From the NCBI GenBank assembly GCA_010093815.1, contig ML996577.1: a stretch of 64,000 bases of DNA; one strand, given 5' to 3'. The notes beneath the pieces were generated by a model. That model was given only the letters and a program-made list of their open reading frames with translations. It had not been told where the DNA came from and searched no databases. This document shows positions 1-14,351 of this stretch, piece after piece. Origin of the DNA: Pseudovirgaria hyperparasitica. Taxonomy: Eukaryota. Made by a program: the position numbers and the translations under genes. Position 1 is the stretch's first letter, and the number at the start of each line of letters is the position of its first letter.

Positions 1-3000
1 CTTGCATCATTGAATATCATCTCAATCCAGGAAAGTATTCGCGCAAAGTCGAAGGTGAGTGTGACTTTACTGTCAGTCGTGATGCTGAGAGGACCTCCAC
101 ATAGCGCTGCCATGGCACTTAAGGCTGCAGTGCGGAGATTCCGCTTCTCGATTTCCATGGCCGCCGTTGCAATTCCCTTGTTCGTCAAGTCGTCTCGATC
201 AAGTACAGAACGCCTCATCTGGTCCTCGCGCTGTCGTACTTGTGATGGGTTGGGTGAGAAACCACACCAATCCTCCATCAAGGAGAACGCAGCTTTGCGA
301 GCTTGAAAGGGCATCCAAGATAGTGGATCCGCAGTCTTGTTGATGCCTTCAAAGAGCTCCTCCATCAGTCCACAATAGTGAGTCCGTAGCTTCTGGAATT
401 CCCACTCAGCCTGGACTTCAGCATCATTAAGGAATAGTCGTAGGTCCTTCGCGTATGTGACGAGATTGACCAAGATGTCTGGGTCGTTGCGGATGCTCGG
501 CTCTTCTAGAAACCGAGCTGTAAGTTTGTAGACATGAGTAATTTCTGTACGAAGGTGATCCGTTCGTCGACTTCGGCGTGGGCTACTCATTGTACGTTGA
601 TGCGGTGCCAAGCGTAATTTCGCCTCTTCACTGCAAGTTGTAACGTGACCAGCGAGACATTCGAGCAGAGTGCGGTAGATCTGGACGTTTATTGAGCCAA
701 GGCCGATGACAGCAGCTTCTCGAATAGATGGATTAGAGGCTGATAAGAACGGAAGCACTCGAGCAAACAGTTCATCTGCAGTCTGAACCTTGTTGGAGCT
801 CTTTTGGGACGATCTCGAACTCTTCCTAGTATGCTGAGACACCAGAACAACAGTGTTCTGAGGGCCACCGATGCTCATCATGGTCGTGCACGCAAATATG
901 AGGTATAATTTCCATTGCTCGATCACCAATTCCGGAGAGGTACTGGCCAGCCTATTGACGCTCCTATTGGCCCCAGGCTCGAAGCCAGGATATGGACTCG
1001 CTCTTTGGCCGTCCGCTAGAGTTGCAATCGTGCGCTGCAGCTGAATCAGTCTTCCACATACAATGTCTCTCGTCAGGGCAGCTGTAATTTGAGATAGCTC
1101 GAAGCACATCTTGGCCAGATTTGGGAAGACTTTGAACCATAGAGTGAAATCATAAGTCGTCTCGCTGGTACAAAGCTCGATTAGGGTGCTGTGCGAGTTG
1201 CTCTTTCTCATGCCCCTCTGTAAGCGACTCCTCTCTGCCAATGACAACTTCTCATCGTGGACATTGAGAACTTTGTCGGGACTTCCTTCCATGAGGAGGA
1301 TTATCCTGGCAGTGTTGCTGAAATTGAGTGCCGTATCGAACTCTGTCACAAGTCTCAATACTTTGATAGCGTATGATCGTACTCTTCTCGCAGGCGAACA
1401 GAGAAAGAAAAGTCCATGTGACTCCACTTCATCCGCATGATGACTGAGTGCTGTCTGGTCTAGTCCAGCACCACGTTTGCTAGCGACAAAATCGTCGACG
1501 GATGCGTTGGCGACTTTTTTCTTTTTCGAACGAATGTCTTCGATCCAGATCTCTAGTAGCTCTACATACAGCTTTAGGGTATTCTCAATGTGAGCAGGGC
1601 CAAGCATGCCACCGTCGGACATGGTCGAATACCTGTCATCGAAGTTGAAGATGAATCTGGCGAAGCCAAGTGTCACAAGCTGAGCGTACGACAAATGGTG
1701 CGGATGAGCTTGACGAGCGATCGCTTTAAGTGATTGTGCTGACGATTGTGCAATGTCTTTCCGGACATGAGCGGTCCCGGTGCACAGTAGGTTCAATACA
1801 ACGCTGAATTGAGTTTGGGACGGAAGGCAGCGCGGCAAAGCCTGGACAGATACATGTAGTAGATCGTAGAACCCTGCGCGGAAGTCAGGAGAGTTTTGAT
1901 ATTCATCGCGGCGCGTAAAGTTAAACGCTTCTGCCATAGGCGTCTTTGGAGTCGGTACTGCAAACTTTTCGTCTAAAACAGCTTGACCTCCAAACGTGAC
2001 ATCGCACATTACTGCAATATCTCCTAGAATCCTGCAAAATCGAGCATATGACTCTTTGGCGATTTCATCGAACTCGGTCAATATGACAGGTCTAGAGAGT
2101 CGCTCCTCTTTCACAAACGATGATTTGGGAGGCATTACAACTGGCGGCCTGGGGCTGTTTGGTAGTGAGGGCATTTCGGGAAAGCCAGTGTAAGGGTCGC
2201 TATCGAAGGATGTTGGAAAGGGGGGTTGTTCTCCTTTCTCCAGATCACCCATGATGGCAAGAAAAGCTCTGATTCCTATCACCATTCTTTCGGGTTCTAA
2301 AGATTCAACGCGCAGATACTTTTCTGATGAGATCTGATCTGCATTCATGAGAGGGAAGATGATAGTCCGAAAGCAGTAGTCCTGGTGCCGGAATCCGATG
2401 AATCGGATGAGTTGTATGATTGGCTCTGCAATCATGGGCTCCGTGGACAGATAGGACCGCTTCCCTGGCACGAAGACCATGCGAATGATCTCATCTAGCT
2501 TCTTCACTGCCGTATTCGAGGAATCCGTGCCAAGACGGTAAAGATATGTCCAGACAAGACGACAAATGCTTCTCAGCGAGATTGCGCGCGAAGCACGCTC
2601 TTTCAGGCGAGATTGGCACGATAGTGCAGCAGCGAGCCACTGTGAAGCGAAGAGATCTGCAGGTGCCGTACAAAGCATGGCAGCTTGTAAAGGATATGCT
2701 TCATGCCAATGTTTGGGCTTCGATATCAGATTAGAGACTCGCGGTCGCAAGATCTCGAAGAATGCTCGCCATTTAGGTTCATTGAACTCTAGCTTTGCGC
2801 GAGCGGCTACCGGAAGAAGCAGCTCCTTGAACAGTTGGCAGTATGCGTACTTGACAGGCTGCCCGTGCGCATCTGCGAAGAATCTTCCCAGCGCAGTCAT
2901 GAAGTCGCATGATCTATGCCATTTACTCTCGGAAGACGTGTCAAGCCTAAGATACCTCATACCCTTAATGAGGAGTGCTGTACCTTTGACGGAGAGACTT

Positions 3001-4548
3001 GGCGAATTCAAAGATTCCAAGTATCGTCGTGAGACACTCCCAACATTAATGGAATCCATGACTCCTAGAAGCTGACCGAATATCACCCAATTAGCATGTC
3101 GTAAAGGAGACTCTTCGAGCGATTCCGGATCTGCTTGAGCTAATTGTGCGAATATGATGTCCTCGAGCCGGCCCGCCATGTCAGGCGTGATGGCATCTAA
3201 GGTAGTTTGTCCAATGATCTCCATCAATACTCTGCAGAGGATGTATATCGAGACAGTCGACCTACGCTCTGCTTGTATCAGAGCTAGTTGGCGTTCTGTG
3301 GCTTGCTCAGAGATCAGTGCAATGGTATTTGTAGGACTGGTAGGGTCGGGGTTGCCGTTGACAGGCTCAGTATTGCGTCGAGCTAGGCCATTGAACCCGG
3401 GAGTATGTGACCGTGGCATGCGGTTCTAAACAAATCAGCTTCCTTCGAGTTCCCTAGCTCTACAGTACTGACCAAATCATTCTTGGCTTGAATGACTTCT
3501 TCAGCCTTGGCCTTGCGCCAGAACATCAAAGTATCTGTTAATGGTTTTGGCTTCTGTCGTGCGATATGACCAAGAGCAGATATCAATTGATCAAAGTTCT
3601 GATCCACACCAGGCCCACAGATAAGTTCAACTCGAGGTTCGGGCTTGCTGGGCTCACTAACACAACGATTGATTTTTTGGTCAGCCTGTCCCACGAAGGC
3701 GTTGAAGAGATGATGTAAGGCATATTCTCCCACAGTCTTTAGATCCTGCGAAGGATGCGATCTGGACTGCGACCGATTATGCGCATCGCGCTTAGTCCTG
3801 CTACTTAGCATTCTTTCTGGTCGTCGGTGACTTGTAGGTGCATGTTCTGCAGTCGGTAGCGACGCCTGGTGTATATGTTTTGATGTTCCATTCTGTCCAA
3901 CTATCGAACCAGTCACCATGTGGTGGTCTCTTGCTTCATCAATGGCCATAGTCGGGCCGTCAAAGGCGCTGAAAGATCCTCCACCAGCAGCAGCAATCAT
4001 CTGCGGACTCAGAGGACTGGTCGCTGGTGAATTCACGAAGCTTGTATTGCGCGAGTGTTGTATGCCATGCACGATGGAGGTGTTGCGGTGGTGGCCATAG
4101 GAAATGGACGGTTTGCGCTCGATACCGCCACTGTCAGGACTTGGGCCAGCCTTTGAACTCGTCGCGACGGGCGTCCGTGCTCTGGGAGAGGCATTCCGTG
4201 AGGAGGAGGTGAGTGCGCGACCTCTATTCACTACTGGTTCGTGTGCGGGTATAGAGGGGACCGGGGGAACGGACGAGACGGACTGTAGCTCCGGGTGGTG
4301 CGACGCCCCTCCGGCATGTTGTCGTGCTTGCGATGGCAGGGAAGCAGCTAGTGAACGGACGTGCGAAGGTCAGCCTGGCTATACAAGTAGAAGTAATAGG
4401 GAGTGGTTTGGTATCATGTTGACATTGCTTCAACTGTTTCGACTGTGGACAGCCGGGATGATGGGGTGCCATGCAGGTGCGTGGGGCTTCGAATATCCCT
4501 CTTGAAAGAGCTTGGAGTAGAAAGTAGAAAGCAGTTCAACTCACACAT
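1..4548 (-). CDS. TAO3: Cell morphogenesis scaffold TAO3/PAG1/Mor2 (Furry family), 5' part; the gene continues beyond the window start
   Basis: ORF 3383-4231 contains TVGEYALHHLFNAFVGQADQKINRC...ICGPGVDQNFDQLISALGHIARQKPKPL...MFWRK, typical of the fungal Tao3 N-terminus. An intron at 3472-3426 (GTCAGT...TAG) joins it to a long minus-strand frame that appears to run to base 1. Proposed first exon ATGT at 4548-4545, then intron 4544-4348 (GTGAGT...CTGAC...TAG). Confidence 0.9.
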
Positions 4549-4862
4549 GCCGCCGAGAGGACTGTCTTCATCTGTGCCGGTCGCGTTGGTCTATAGAGAC
4601 GAAGGCGAAGAGAGCGTTGAGGGAGTCATGTAGAAGGCGAATCTGAAGGTCGATTGAGGTTGTCGAGGAGCAAGATGCGAAAGGAAAAGCGGTGGTAAAC
4701 GCCTATTGGAATGACTGACCTTCACAGTTCAGTTTGACCAGTAATTACCAGTTCGCTGTTGTATTCAGAAAGGTTAGGGTGCTGGCGCTGGTCGAAGCGT
4801 CCTCCCGCTTGGACAAGGATGGATAAGGATGCCCGGTATTAACTAATTAACGTTGCTGTGTA

Positions 4863-5294
4863 CCCGCCCTCCGTGCTGGAGTGCAGCAAGTATCCACTAG
4901 CCCTCCTAGGCCAGGTGAGTAGCATATACTAGTCTCTATCTAGAATATATTAGAACGATGTAAAGTAATACTTATGTAGTAAATACTATTGAATAGTGAA
5001 CGAATGTTCCCTAAGTTTAGTAGTATCTTAGAGAGAGCTATGGTACTACTACTACAGCCCTATATAATTGGCAGAGTCACATAATTTCTATCCTCCAAGA
5101 GAGTACGAATAGTTTCCTATACTTTTTCTCTTTCTTCCACTTTAGTAGAGTGTATATATATATATCTATTTATCATATTAATCTGGCTAATCTAATGATT
5201 TTCATGATTCAATAAGACTTATATACGAGATAGCCCAAGAGGACTACAGTATGTAATATGTAATTACGGGCTCCATATTAGCACGGAGGGCTGG
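4863..5294. mobile_element. Non-autonomous TIR element (MITE-like, Tc1/mariner-type TA target site), degenerate
   Basis: Left end is TA|CCCGCCCTCCGTGCT (4861-4877) and right end is AGCACGGAGGGCTGG|TA (5280-5296), a 14/15 inverted match with TA on both sides. The interior is AT- and TpA-rich with no ORF. Confidence 0.65.
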
Positions 5295-7146
5295 TAGGTG
5301 CCTCGGTGCCTGGGGCTTCACTTAGCCCAGTGATAGATTTCGCAGCACATAACACGTAACGCATCAGGCATCAGGCATCATGGTCTTTGTCGTTGCAAAG
5401 GGCTGGATGTTTGTGACTCTGCGGCCATATGGCGTGCAAATACATCGCCAACAACATTCTGCCTCCCCGAGAGCTCACAGCTTGTATCGTGACACTGATT
5501 CGGGCGCCGGGACGACGCAGTACATCAGGTAAGGCAGCTTGAAACCTCTGTACACTCTGCTACGGCATATGGGTGCTGTACTGCGGATGGGTTCGTAACA
5601 AGCCCGAGTGCGGCCCATGTTATCGAGCCCAACTGGAACATAGAGACCCCCCAGGAATACAAGGGCACGTACATTAAGGTCGATAATCAGGTGTACGCTG
5701 AGACTACCCAAGGCGTCGCGTCCTTTTGGAACGCCAATTTTCAGCTCTTTAAGATGGAGGTAGATAGGCGTTGCGTCCACTGCTTCACCAGAGCTGTGCA
5801 TAATCGAGGTCTTGGAGACATTCTAGGTAGTCATACAACACTCGGCTAACACGATATTAGCATGGCAAAGGAGCATGGATTAGGTTTGATAGCTTGCGCG
5901 CGAGACCTAAGAGGCTGTTAACAGTCAAGGTTGGTGGCCTTTGGCTCAAATAATCATTTCTTTTGAATTTTGTATCAGTATGGTCGGAGACTCGTGCTGT
6001 CGTTCGGCCATCTTTTCGGGATCCGAACGCGTCGGTCCGCAACCTGCATTTGCGGAGGATTCTTGCAGGCAACGGTAACTCCATCACCTTTCCATTCGCA
6101 CTATGGACGTGTAAATGTTACCTGCGGCTGACGGAAGAAGCCCACAGTCGTGAGTGCGATGGTCAGGAAACATCAAGTCGTAATAGAAAGATTAGATCCA
6201 CGCGACAACGCAACGGTCACGGCAACGGCGCATGTCATCAGTGAGTTTTACTTTGCCGAGGATAATAGGCAGTGGTAGTGGTAGGCGGGTATCAGCCACT
6301 TTCCGAGTACGAGTCTACGAATCCGCACACCTGCATGCACCACGGAATATCTAATTATCTATCTGATCCATGAGGTCCATCCGGTACTTCGTGCTGCGCC
6401 TGTCTAGTCAAGGTGCTCGAGCTGTGTATCCGTTGTATCCGTTGTATCTTGCGTGTTGTTGCGTATAGCGTAGCGAGATGTTACTGTGGAATGAATAATT
6501 ACACATTTAATAGGTTTGGGTTCGTTTACGCTCGTGATGGATGGTTACATGGAATTAGGATACTCTGCATGCCGTCACTCCAAGAGATTGTCATGTGTAT
6601 GCTGTGGTGTGAGCAATATTGCTGGGTGGGGACTGGGCGGTATGTCTCGTATGTAGTGTAGTGTATAAAGCATACGCATACCTACAGTCACTCTACAGCC
6701 AACCTGTGGGTGGGCTGAGTGATCACTGACGAGAGAGTCTTGAGAACACGGTAATCAGATCCGTCGCCCCAACTTGAAGTGTGTAGTGTAAATACGAGGT
6801 CAGGCCGCGTCTCTGGTGCCGCCGCCGACGGCTTCTCCAGCGCCGAAAACAGCCCACATCGTCACTAATTAACCTTAGCTGTATTCTTCCACATCCGTCC
6901 ACTTTGATTCCCGATCCTCTTTCTCTTGTCTGTGTAGACTACTTGTCCATTCTCTCCTGCATTCAGCCCTCTCTCGCCAGATATTCCCTTGCTTCTACGA
7001 TCTAGGCATTTTGTCATCCTTACCTGGACCTGTCCAGAGACATCCTTGGTACGCTCCTCCCATCGCGCTCATCGCACTCCGGCCCAGACTCACATGCTAA
7101 TACTGCTCATCAGAGCATTGGGCGCACTTGCCCCAGCAATAACACC

Positions 7147-9298
7147 ATGGCTCAACTCGATACTCTCGATCTGATCGTGCTCGTCGTCCTGGCACTTGCA
7201 ACTGTCGCCTACTTCACCAAAGGAACATATTGGGGTGTGCAGCAAGATCCATATGCCAGCTCCTTCGCCAACGGCAATGGCGCCAAGGCCGGGAAGTCGC
7301 GAGATATCATTGAGAAGATGGAGGAGTCGGACAAGAACTGCGTCGTATTCTACGGCTCGCAGACTGGCACAGCCGAGGACTATGCCTCGAGGCTTTCGAA
7401 AGAGGGTTACCAGCGCTTCGGCTTGAGAACCATGGTTGCTGATCTCGAGGATTACGACTTTGAGAACCTCGACAAGTTCCCCGAGGACAAACTCGCAATC
7501 TTCGTTCTGGCTACCTACGGAGAGGGTGAGCCTACTGACAATGCCGTCGAGTTCTACGAATTCATCAACGGCGAGGACCCCTCTTTCAGCGAGGCCGAAG
7601 GTGATACCCCTCTCAAGAATCTGAAGTATGTTGCCTTTGGTCTTGGCAACAACACATACGAACACTACAACTCCATGGTCCGCAATGTCAACAAAGCTCT
7701 CGAAAAGCTGGGCGCTACAAGAATTGGTGAAGCTGGCGAAGGTGATGATGGCGCTGGCACCATGGAAGAAGATTTCCTCGCCTGGAAGGAGCCTATGTGG
7801 TCAGCTCTGTCTGAGAAACTCGGGCTCGAAGAGCGTGAGGCAGTTTATGAGGCAGTATTTGATGTTCAGGAGAAAGCCGACATTGATGCGAATGCCGACC
7901 ACGTTTATCTAGGAGAGCCCAACAAAAACCATCTTGAGGGTCAATCGAAGGGTCCTTACGGCGCGAACAATCCTTACATCGCACCAATCTCCGAATCTAA
8001 GGAGCTGTTCAAAGCGAAGGACCGAAATTGTTTACATATGGAAATCGACATCGCTGGCTCCAACCTCTCATACACCACTGGCGACCATGTTGCGATCTGG
8101 CCTACAAATTCTGGAAAGGAGGTCGACAGATTCCTCAGCATCATCGATCTAGATGTGGATAGACGTCACACAGTCATTGCTGTCAAAGCCCTCGATCCAA
8201 CCGCCAAGGTACCATTTCCATCACCGACAACATACGAAGCTGTTGTGCGCTATCACATGGAAATCTGCGCCCCCGTTTCTCGTCAGTTCGTAGCCGCTCT
8301 CGCCCAGTTCGCACCAAATGACGACGTCAAGGCCGAGGTCACAAAGTTGGGCGAAGACAAGGACTACTTCAACGCGCAGGTCTCCAAGCTGCACCTCAAC
8401 ATCGCGCAGCTCCTCGAAATTCTATCCAAGGGTGAGAAGTGGACCAAGGTCCCTTTTTCGTTCTTCATTGAAGGTATCCACAAGATCCAACCACGATACT
8501 ATTCTATTTCTTCCTCGTCCCTCGTTCAAAAGGACAAGATATCAATCACAGCCGTAGTGGAATCCTCTTCAGCCCCCAACGCACCTCATGTATTGAAGGG
8601 AGTAACTACCAACTACCTCTTGGCCCTCAAGGAGAAGCAACATGGTGTCGAAAATCCCGAGGTCAACGGTCTCAATTACGCAATTACCGGCCCGAGGAAC
8701 AAGTACGACGGCATACACGTCCCAGTCCATGTGCGCCACTCGAATTTCAAGCTCCCCTCAGATCCCTCGAAACCCATCATCATGGTTGGTCCTGGTACCG
8801 GTGTCGCGCCTTTCCGCGGCTTCGTGCAGGAACGTGCTGCACTTGCAAAGAAGGGTGAGAAAGTTGGGAAGACACTCCTCTTCTTCGGCTGCCGCAAAAA
8901 GGCTGAGGACTTCATGTACGAAGACGAGTGGAAGGTAGGTCACCCCAAACACATTCTTCCTTAGGGCACATCACTTAACCCGTCATACTAACATGGATAA
9001 GCAATACGCCGCCGATCTTGGCGACTCCTTTGAGATGCACACTGCCTTCTCACGAGACGGCCCTGAGAAAGTCTATGTACAGCATAAGATTAAAGCAGTC
9101 GCAAAAGAAATTAACGAGCTGCTACAACAAAAGGCTTACTTTTATGTGTGTGGTGACGCCGCAGTTATGGCGCGCGAGGTCAATCAGCTCCTCGGCAAGA
9201 TCATTTCTGAACAACGTGGGATTCCGGAGCAGAAGGGTGAAGACGCTGTCAAGGCAATGCGTGCGAGCAACCAGTATCAAGAAGATGTATGGTCATGA
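7147..9298 (+). CDS. cprA: NADPH-cytochrome P450 reductase
   Basis: N-terminal membrane anchor, FMN motifs YGSQTGTAE and ATYGEGEPTDNA, FAD motif PRYYSISSS, GPGTGVAPFRGF, and C-terminal YQEDVWS. One intron at 8935-9001. Confidence 0.97.
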
Positions 9299-12200
9299 GC
9301 GCGGCTTCAATGAGTCCGTGAAACTAACACACAGATTTTTGGAAACCCTTTTTCTGCAGCATGTCGCGTAGTGTCGCTCTAGTAATTTGATGTCTCTGAT
9401 TGATGAAAATGGGACTATGACGGTTCTGCTTAGTAAGAAAGTTTGGTCTTGAGTCGAGCTGGAGAGGCGTAATGAATATATGCGCCCTCGAGATACAGCA
9501 GTAGATGTAGTAGATAGAGCGATTCTCCGCTTGTTCGGCTAGCATATAGAATTTTCAATTTACCCATCGTACAGATTCATCGGATCGTGCTAGTTCTGTA
9601 TGAAAACCTGACGCGCTTCGGTTCACAAGACTGAAGTCTGTGGCACTGGCTAGACCAAAATTATATATGCCAGCTGTGTATATGTACTTTACCCTCGGAA
9701 GTCTGTTAATTTTTGTGTTCCTCCCGTATAGCATATTGTCTAATCTCTCTGAATGGTATATCATTATAAAAGTCTCCGAAAGATGAACGTCTGTTTGGCT
9801 CATACAGTGTGAGTTTCGACAAATATAGGTATATCTACAATACTTATAAACCTATGCCTGAACTGCAAGTTACCCGTATTCGAAGCGCACGTCATATACC
9901 CCTTTATAAGCCATCTCTATCGTATACGTCGGTAACCGACTTCCGGCTTCGGCATAGGGGCATGGATGTACTCCGTTTGGACTGTTGTTTGGCTCCGTAC
10001 GTGGATGGGGACTGAGGATGTTAGTGCCTCATGGACGTAGTTCTGTGGTGTCTGTCAACACTTTTGCTTGTTGTCCTCAAGGGCTCAAGAGTGGCATATG
10101 ACTATAGCGCGGAGCGATCTTTGCCATGTTTAGGTTTCTGTAAGATTCGCATGCGTTGGAATCATATTTGGGGGAGCTGACGCGATACATAGTAGTGCTC
10201 TTTCTTGTTGATACATGTATGGGCTGTAGTCCGATACCGTAATTCTGTGGTTTCCATGGATGTCTCGTTGTGTACGTGTTGTTTTCAGACTGATGTGGTT
10301 ATCCAACATAGGCTGTCAGATCCATACTGTGCTCTGTACAACGCATGATTTGGTAGTGCTTGTCAGACGAGATTATGGTAGTCGTATGTTCGGTGAGCAT
10401 TTGGGAATCGACAAATCGCAATCCGCAGATTCTATGGGGCTTTGTTCCTGGGTTTGAGAGATGCTGTGGATGTAGGAGGCTCATTCTGCACTAGGGCGAT
10501 GTACGTATGCTTTGAGGAGTTCGTGGGCGTTTCGTTTTGTCTGTTCTTTGTGGGTTTGGCTGGCATAGGATAAGAAGCCTGAGGGATAACGCATGTTTTC
10601 TGCGTATTCAGAGAACTTCTGAACGTGTAACAAAGTTAGCGATTGTCATGAGATATGAAATAAATGCTCAAGATGGGTTTGCAGATGTGTGATGAGATTG
10701 ATCGTTGGTCTAGACTGGGGATCGTAGCCGTGAGCTTTATGGTGTCCGTTGACAAGCTTTGGCATCTTGTGGAGGCGATGCAGGACAAGAAGAGGCAAGA
10801 ATTGGTTTTAGTTCAAGCTAGAATCGTACGCATCCCTATACATCCGGACGCCCCGTCCCTCGGTCGATCGCTGGCTCTTGAGGAGTCTGTGTCCGTGTAC
10901 TGTCTCCGAATATACTCCTTCAAACTATAATTTCAGTTGGGGGAGGGGATATTCTGACGCCCAGAACGAGTAGATAAGGCCACGAAAGCAAAGGTAGGAT
11001 TGTTGAAGGACTTCTGTGCACAGTAGGAAGCTGGTGGCCGAGTTGATGCTGAGGATGGGAAAGCATCCATGGTTCCTGGAAGGCTTGGATCAACCACTTT
11101 TTCCATAGCGTCAAATGGTCCTAGACGATCTCTTCATGGTCCCTCAGACCTCGAACATAAACCCAAGACCGATTCCGCGGTGCCAACGAGTCCGTACAGA
11201 AGCTCATTGTCTCGAGTCAAATCGCCATCACGTATTGCGATGCATCCGAGAAACAGCCGCTCCGACATCCATGAAAGTGCGCCCCTTTCACTCTTGAGGT
11301 TCTCCAGACGCGGATGTTTACCATGACACCAAAGCCCTCCACAACATACTATCGTCCTAGATGGTGCTCTTTCTCCCAAATTTAGAAGGCATCGTATGGG
11401 AATGACATCATGGTAATGCTGACCTGATCCGAGACGATCCTGTGCGGACGCATCTCTTGGTACACCCGTTGGCTGCGCCTAGCTATTCTGTGAGACATCA
11501 TCAACACTGCGGCTGCATGACGCATGTCTTAAACACTTCTGGTCGATATGACACTACCTTCTAGGCTCATCAGAATACTGAGACTTATCCTATCAGAGTT
11601 TGAACACTGGTTGCTGCTGCCGCAGTTTTGCTAACCATGAGATTCGTAGGTCGACCCCATCTGAAGACCTCATCACCTATAAGACACGGCGGCTCATTCG
11701 TATTGTCGATGTAATACAGTGGAAATACATGGCATGCTATGTCTGTGCCGATATACAATACAATCCCTCAACATCAAGGCGTGGAGGGTGATCAGGACCA
11801 GTACCCGCGATCCGACATGTACAATGTCCGGTTTAGAACCTTGATAGTCGAATCACCATAGAGACAAGTGTGGAAGGACCCAGGAATTCAACATCTGGAT
11901 CGTACTGCCCTAGGCATGAAGCCTTAGAAGCTGCAACATTATTTTGCCTGGAAGGACCTTGTGAACCTGCCGGACTTGATGCCATTCCCACTCATTGGAG
12001 TGATGCTCAGGAGAATGATGTACGGACTTGGATCCACCAGAGTTATTGGACAGGACACACTTTTGTGGACTTTCATAGGTCTGAAAGATGTGTTTGCATG
12101 AAAAGAGCTAGGGGCATTGGTTGACCAACGGCTTGTTGTGGCATTGGCACATCGCACAGCATCACTAATTGCTTGGAGACGTCGTATGACCACGGCTTGC

Positions 12201-14351
12201 ATGGACCCTCCAAAGTGTGCTACATTTCGGCTTATGCATGCGGTTCGAAAAATAAATCATGGTGCTTACGACATCCCGATATAAAGATTTATCGCAGCTG
12301 CACAAATCTTCCGTCTGTCTCATGACTTTGATCCTTGCTACTGTCGCATATACGACAAGCATCATGAAAATGGCCAGCAGCTTCTGAAAGTCCACCATCA
12401 TCGTGGAGGTGATGTTAGATGGGCTTCCGACTGCGCGACTGTGGCAGGCCCTGGCGTTGTTGAACTTGCACCAACGTTTAGGCTCATCCATGTGCTTAGG
12501 GTGCCCAGGGAAAGCTGCGGGGTTCAAGACGGACTTCTCTTTGACCCCTGACCGCCGCTTTGACTGAATATACTCGCGCCCTGTTACTCGACACCCACAC
12601 TCGGTACAGGATGTCTGAGCGGGCTGTCGCTCAAAATGCTCTGAGGCTTCGTTGGCCATCGACTTTTGTGGTAGACCAGCGCCGTCAGATCATCCATTCG
12701 AACTATTGCTGAGCGCTAACCCTCGATTGTAGAGCCTGGAGTATAACAAAACTATGCGCAAGCATATGAGCGGCTTGTTTGAAAAAAACTGGGCGAGCGA
12801 CAATATGTTAGGTCCACAGTGGTAAGGATGGTCGTCGAATTTTCGTCTATGTTTTACGTCTCCTGTTCTATACGAACAGTAAGAATACTACTCCTCGCCT
12901 CAGATTGTTCACTTTTGCGATTTGCACAGGCTCGGATACTCGCCCACAACACAGGAAACCACGAATTCTGTGGAGATGTTCCCATGTCCTCGGAATCCAA
13001 AAGCTCCAGATCTAGTATCCCCTTCATCCAGTCTGCGCTCGGCTCTTTCTTGGCCTTGCTTTTGCGCGGCATTCCTTGGTTTGCCGTTGGCACATCAGCC
13101 ATGTCCTTTTTGCCAGTTCTATTGGTAGGTTCTGTCTTCTTATCTTTTTCGTCTCTTCTGTGTCATTCTTTCTGTCGAATCTTTGCTTTAAACACCTGGC
13201 AATTCCCTTTTTGTTGGCCCTCCTTGTCATACTTTTAGTCTTCCTTCGTATCCTCTACTCGGTCATCGTACTTTTCAGGAAAGCCGGCATCGAACGCTGC
13301 CTTGAATTCACCCTATGGCATTCTGCCTGTGTGGTGGGTGCCAAAGGTTAGCTTCTGCTATGTCGATCGTTTCCAGACCTTGTAGCTGCGTTACTCAATA
13401 TCTGTCGCACAGCTGCAGTGGTCCTTGGGAACCAGGAACGGCCTGAGCAATGCTCACCATTTCCCTCCGCCTACTTTGTCGCCAACAGCATTTTGTAAGC
13501 CTAGCAAGTACAGCGAATCACACCGTGTCAAGGCATTCTGTGTCGTTGAGCTTGACTCGGCTCACGTTCCGAGCCCCGACCCCTGGTCCAATGAACGCAT
13601 TGAGAGCATTGCGACTGTATACAACCGAAAGCCAAGGCCGTTCGATGTTAGCTGGGCAAGACTGTCCAGTTTCGACGGTACCATCAGAACGTTGGTGCGT
13701 GCAGAGTCAGACGGGGTATCGAACAGACTGATCTGGAAAAATAGCAAGGCGTAACGAAGTCAAGAGGAGGTCGTGCTACACAATGCGAAGATTTGTGTGG
13801 TTTGTGAGCATTTCGTGCAGCAAGCAGGGGATCCGTGGGGTGGATGGATGTGGCCGCAGCCTCACCGTCTGGTCGAAGCTCGCCGCTCATGTTACACGTG
13901 CGGACAGCCATCGTACCCCATCATAATCACTCGTTGAGACATATAAGGAGCTCGGCACCCAAGTGGGCGAAGAAGGCTTTGCTGCAAACTCTGCTATTCT
14001 CTCACAGGGCCAGGCTGGAGTTCTATCGATTATCATACAGCTATTCCGCGAATATCATTACGGGCAACATCCGCATTTCCCACCCCCGCAAGACTCGGGA
14101 GGCGTCAATATCAAGATTCACACGCAACTCTCCAGTGAAATTTGGTGCATCATTACCGCCATCTGTATCCTGCTGCATATATCTGGACGTGCTCCATCGC
14201 TGTCGCCGTCGGCCCTCGAGGAAAGAAGCATTCATTCATTCAGGGGAAAAGAGAATACACTGGCACCTTCCCTCGCTCTCCCTTCGTAGTCTCTCAGTGC
14301 AGCGGACATCACAACAGAAAGCTCGGCCCGCAAGCTAGCGGTCTTCCCATT

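Noticed and set aside
2491..4505. Numerous 60-190 aa antisense or alternate-frame ORFs over TAO3, and likewise over cprA, RIO2, RPN1, TYW2, nirA and ALDH
   Set aside because: These are shadow ORFs of real genes.
4772..4780. GGTTAGGGT, 1.5 telomeric repeats (possible telomerase RNA template or interstitial telomere)
   Set aside because: A 9-mer of this class is expected by chance in 64 kb, and no supporting structure was seen.
5380..6244. Short ORFs on both strands between the MITE and cprA
   Set aside because: No recognisable motifs and no consistent exon chain.
8999..9001. Several AAG 3' splice sites (9001, 20496, 27052, 46014)
   Set aside because: AAG is a known minority acceptor in fungi, and the sample is too small to claim enrichment.
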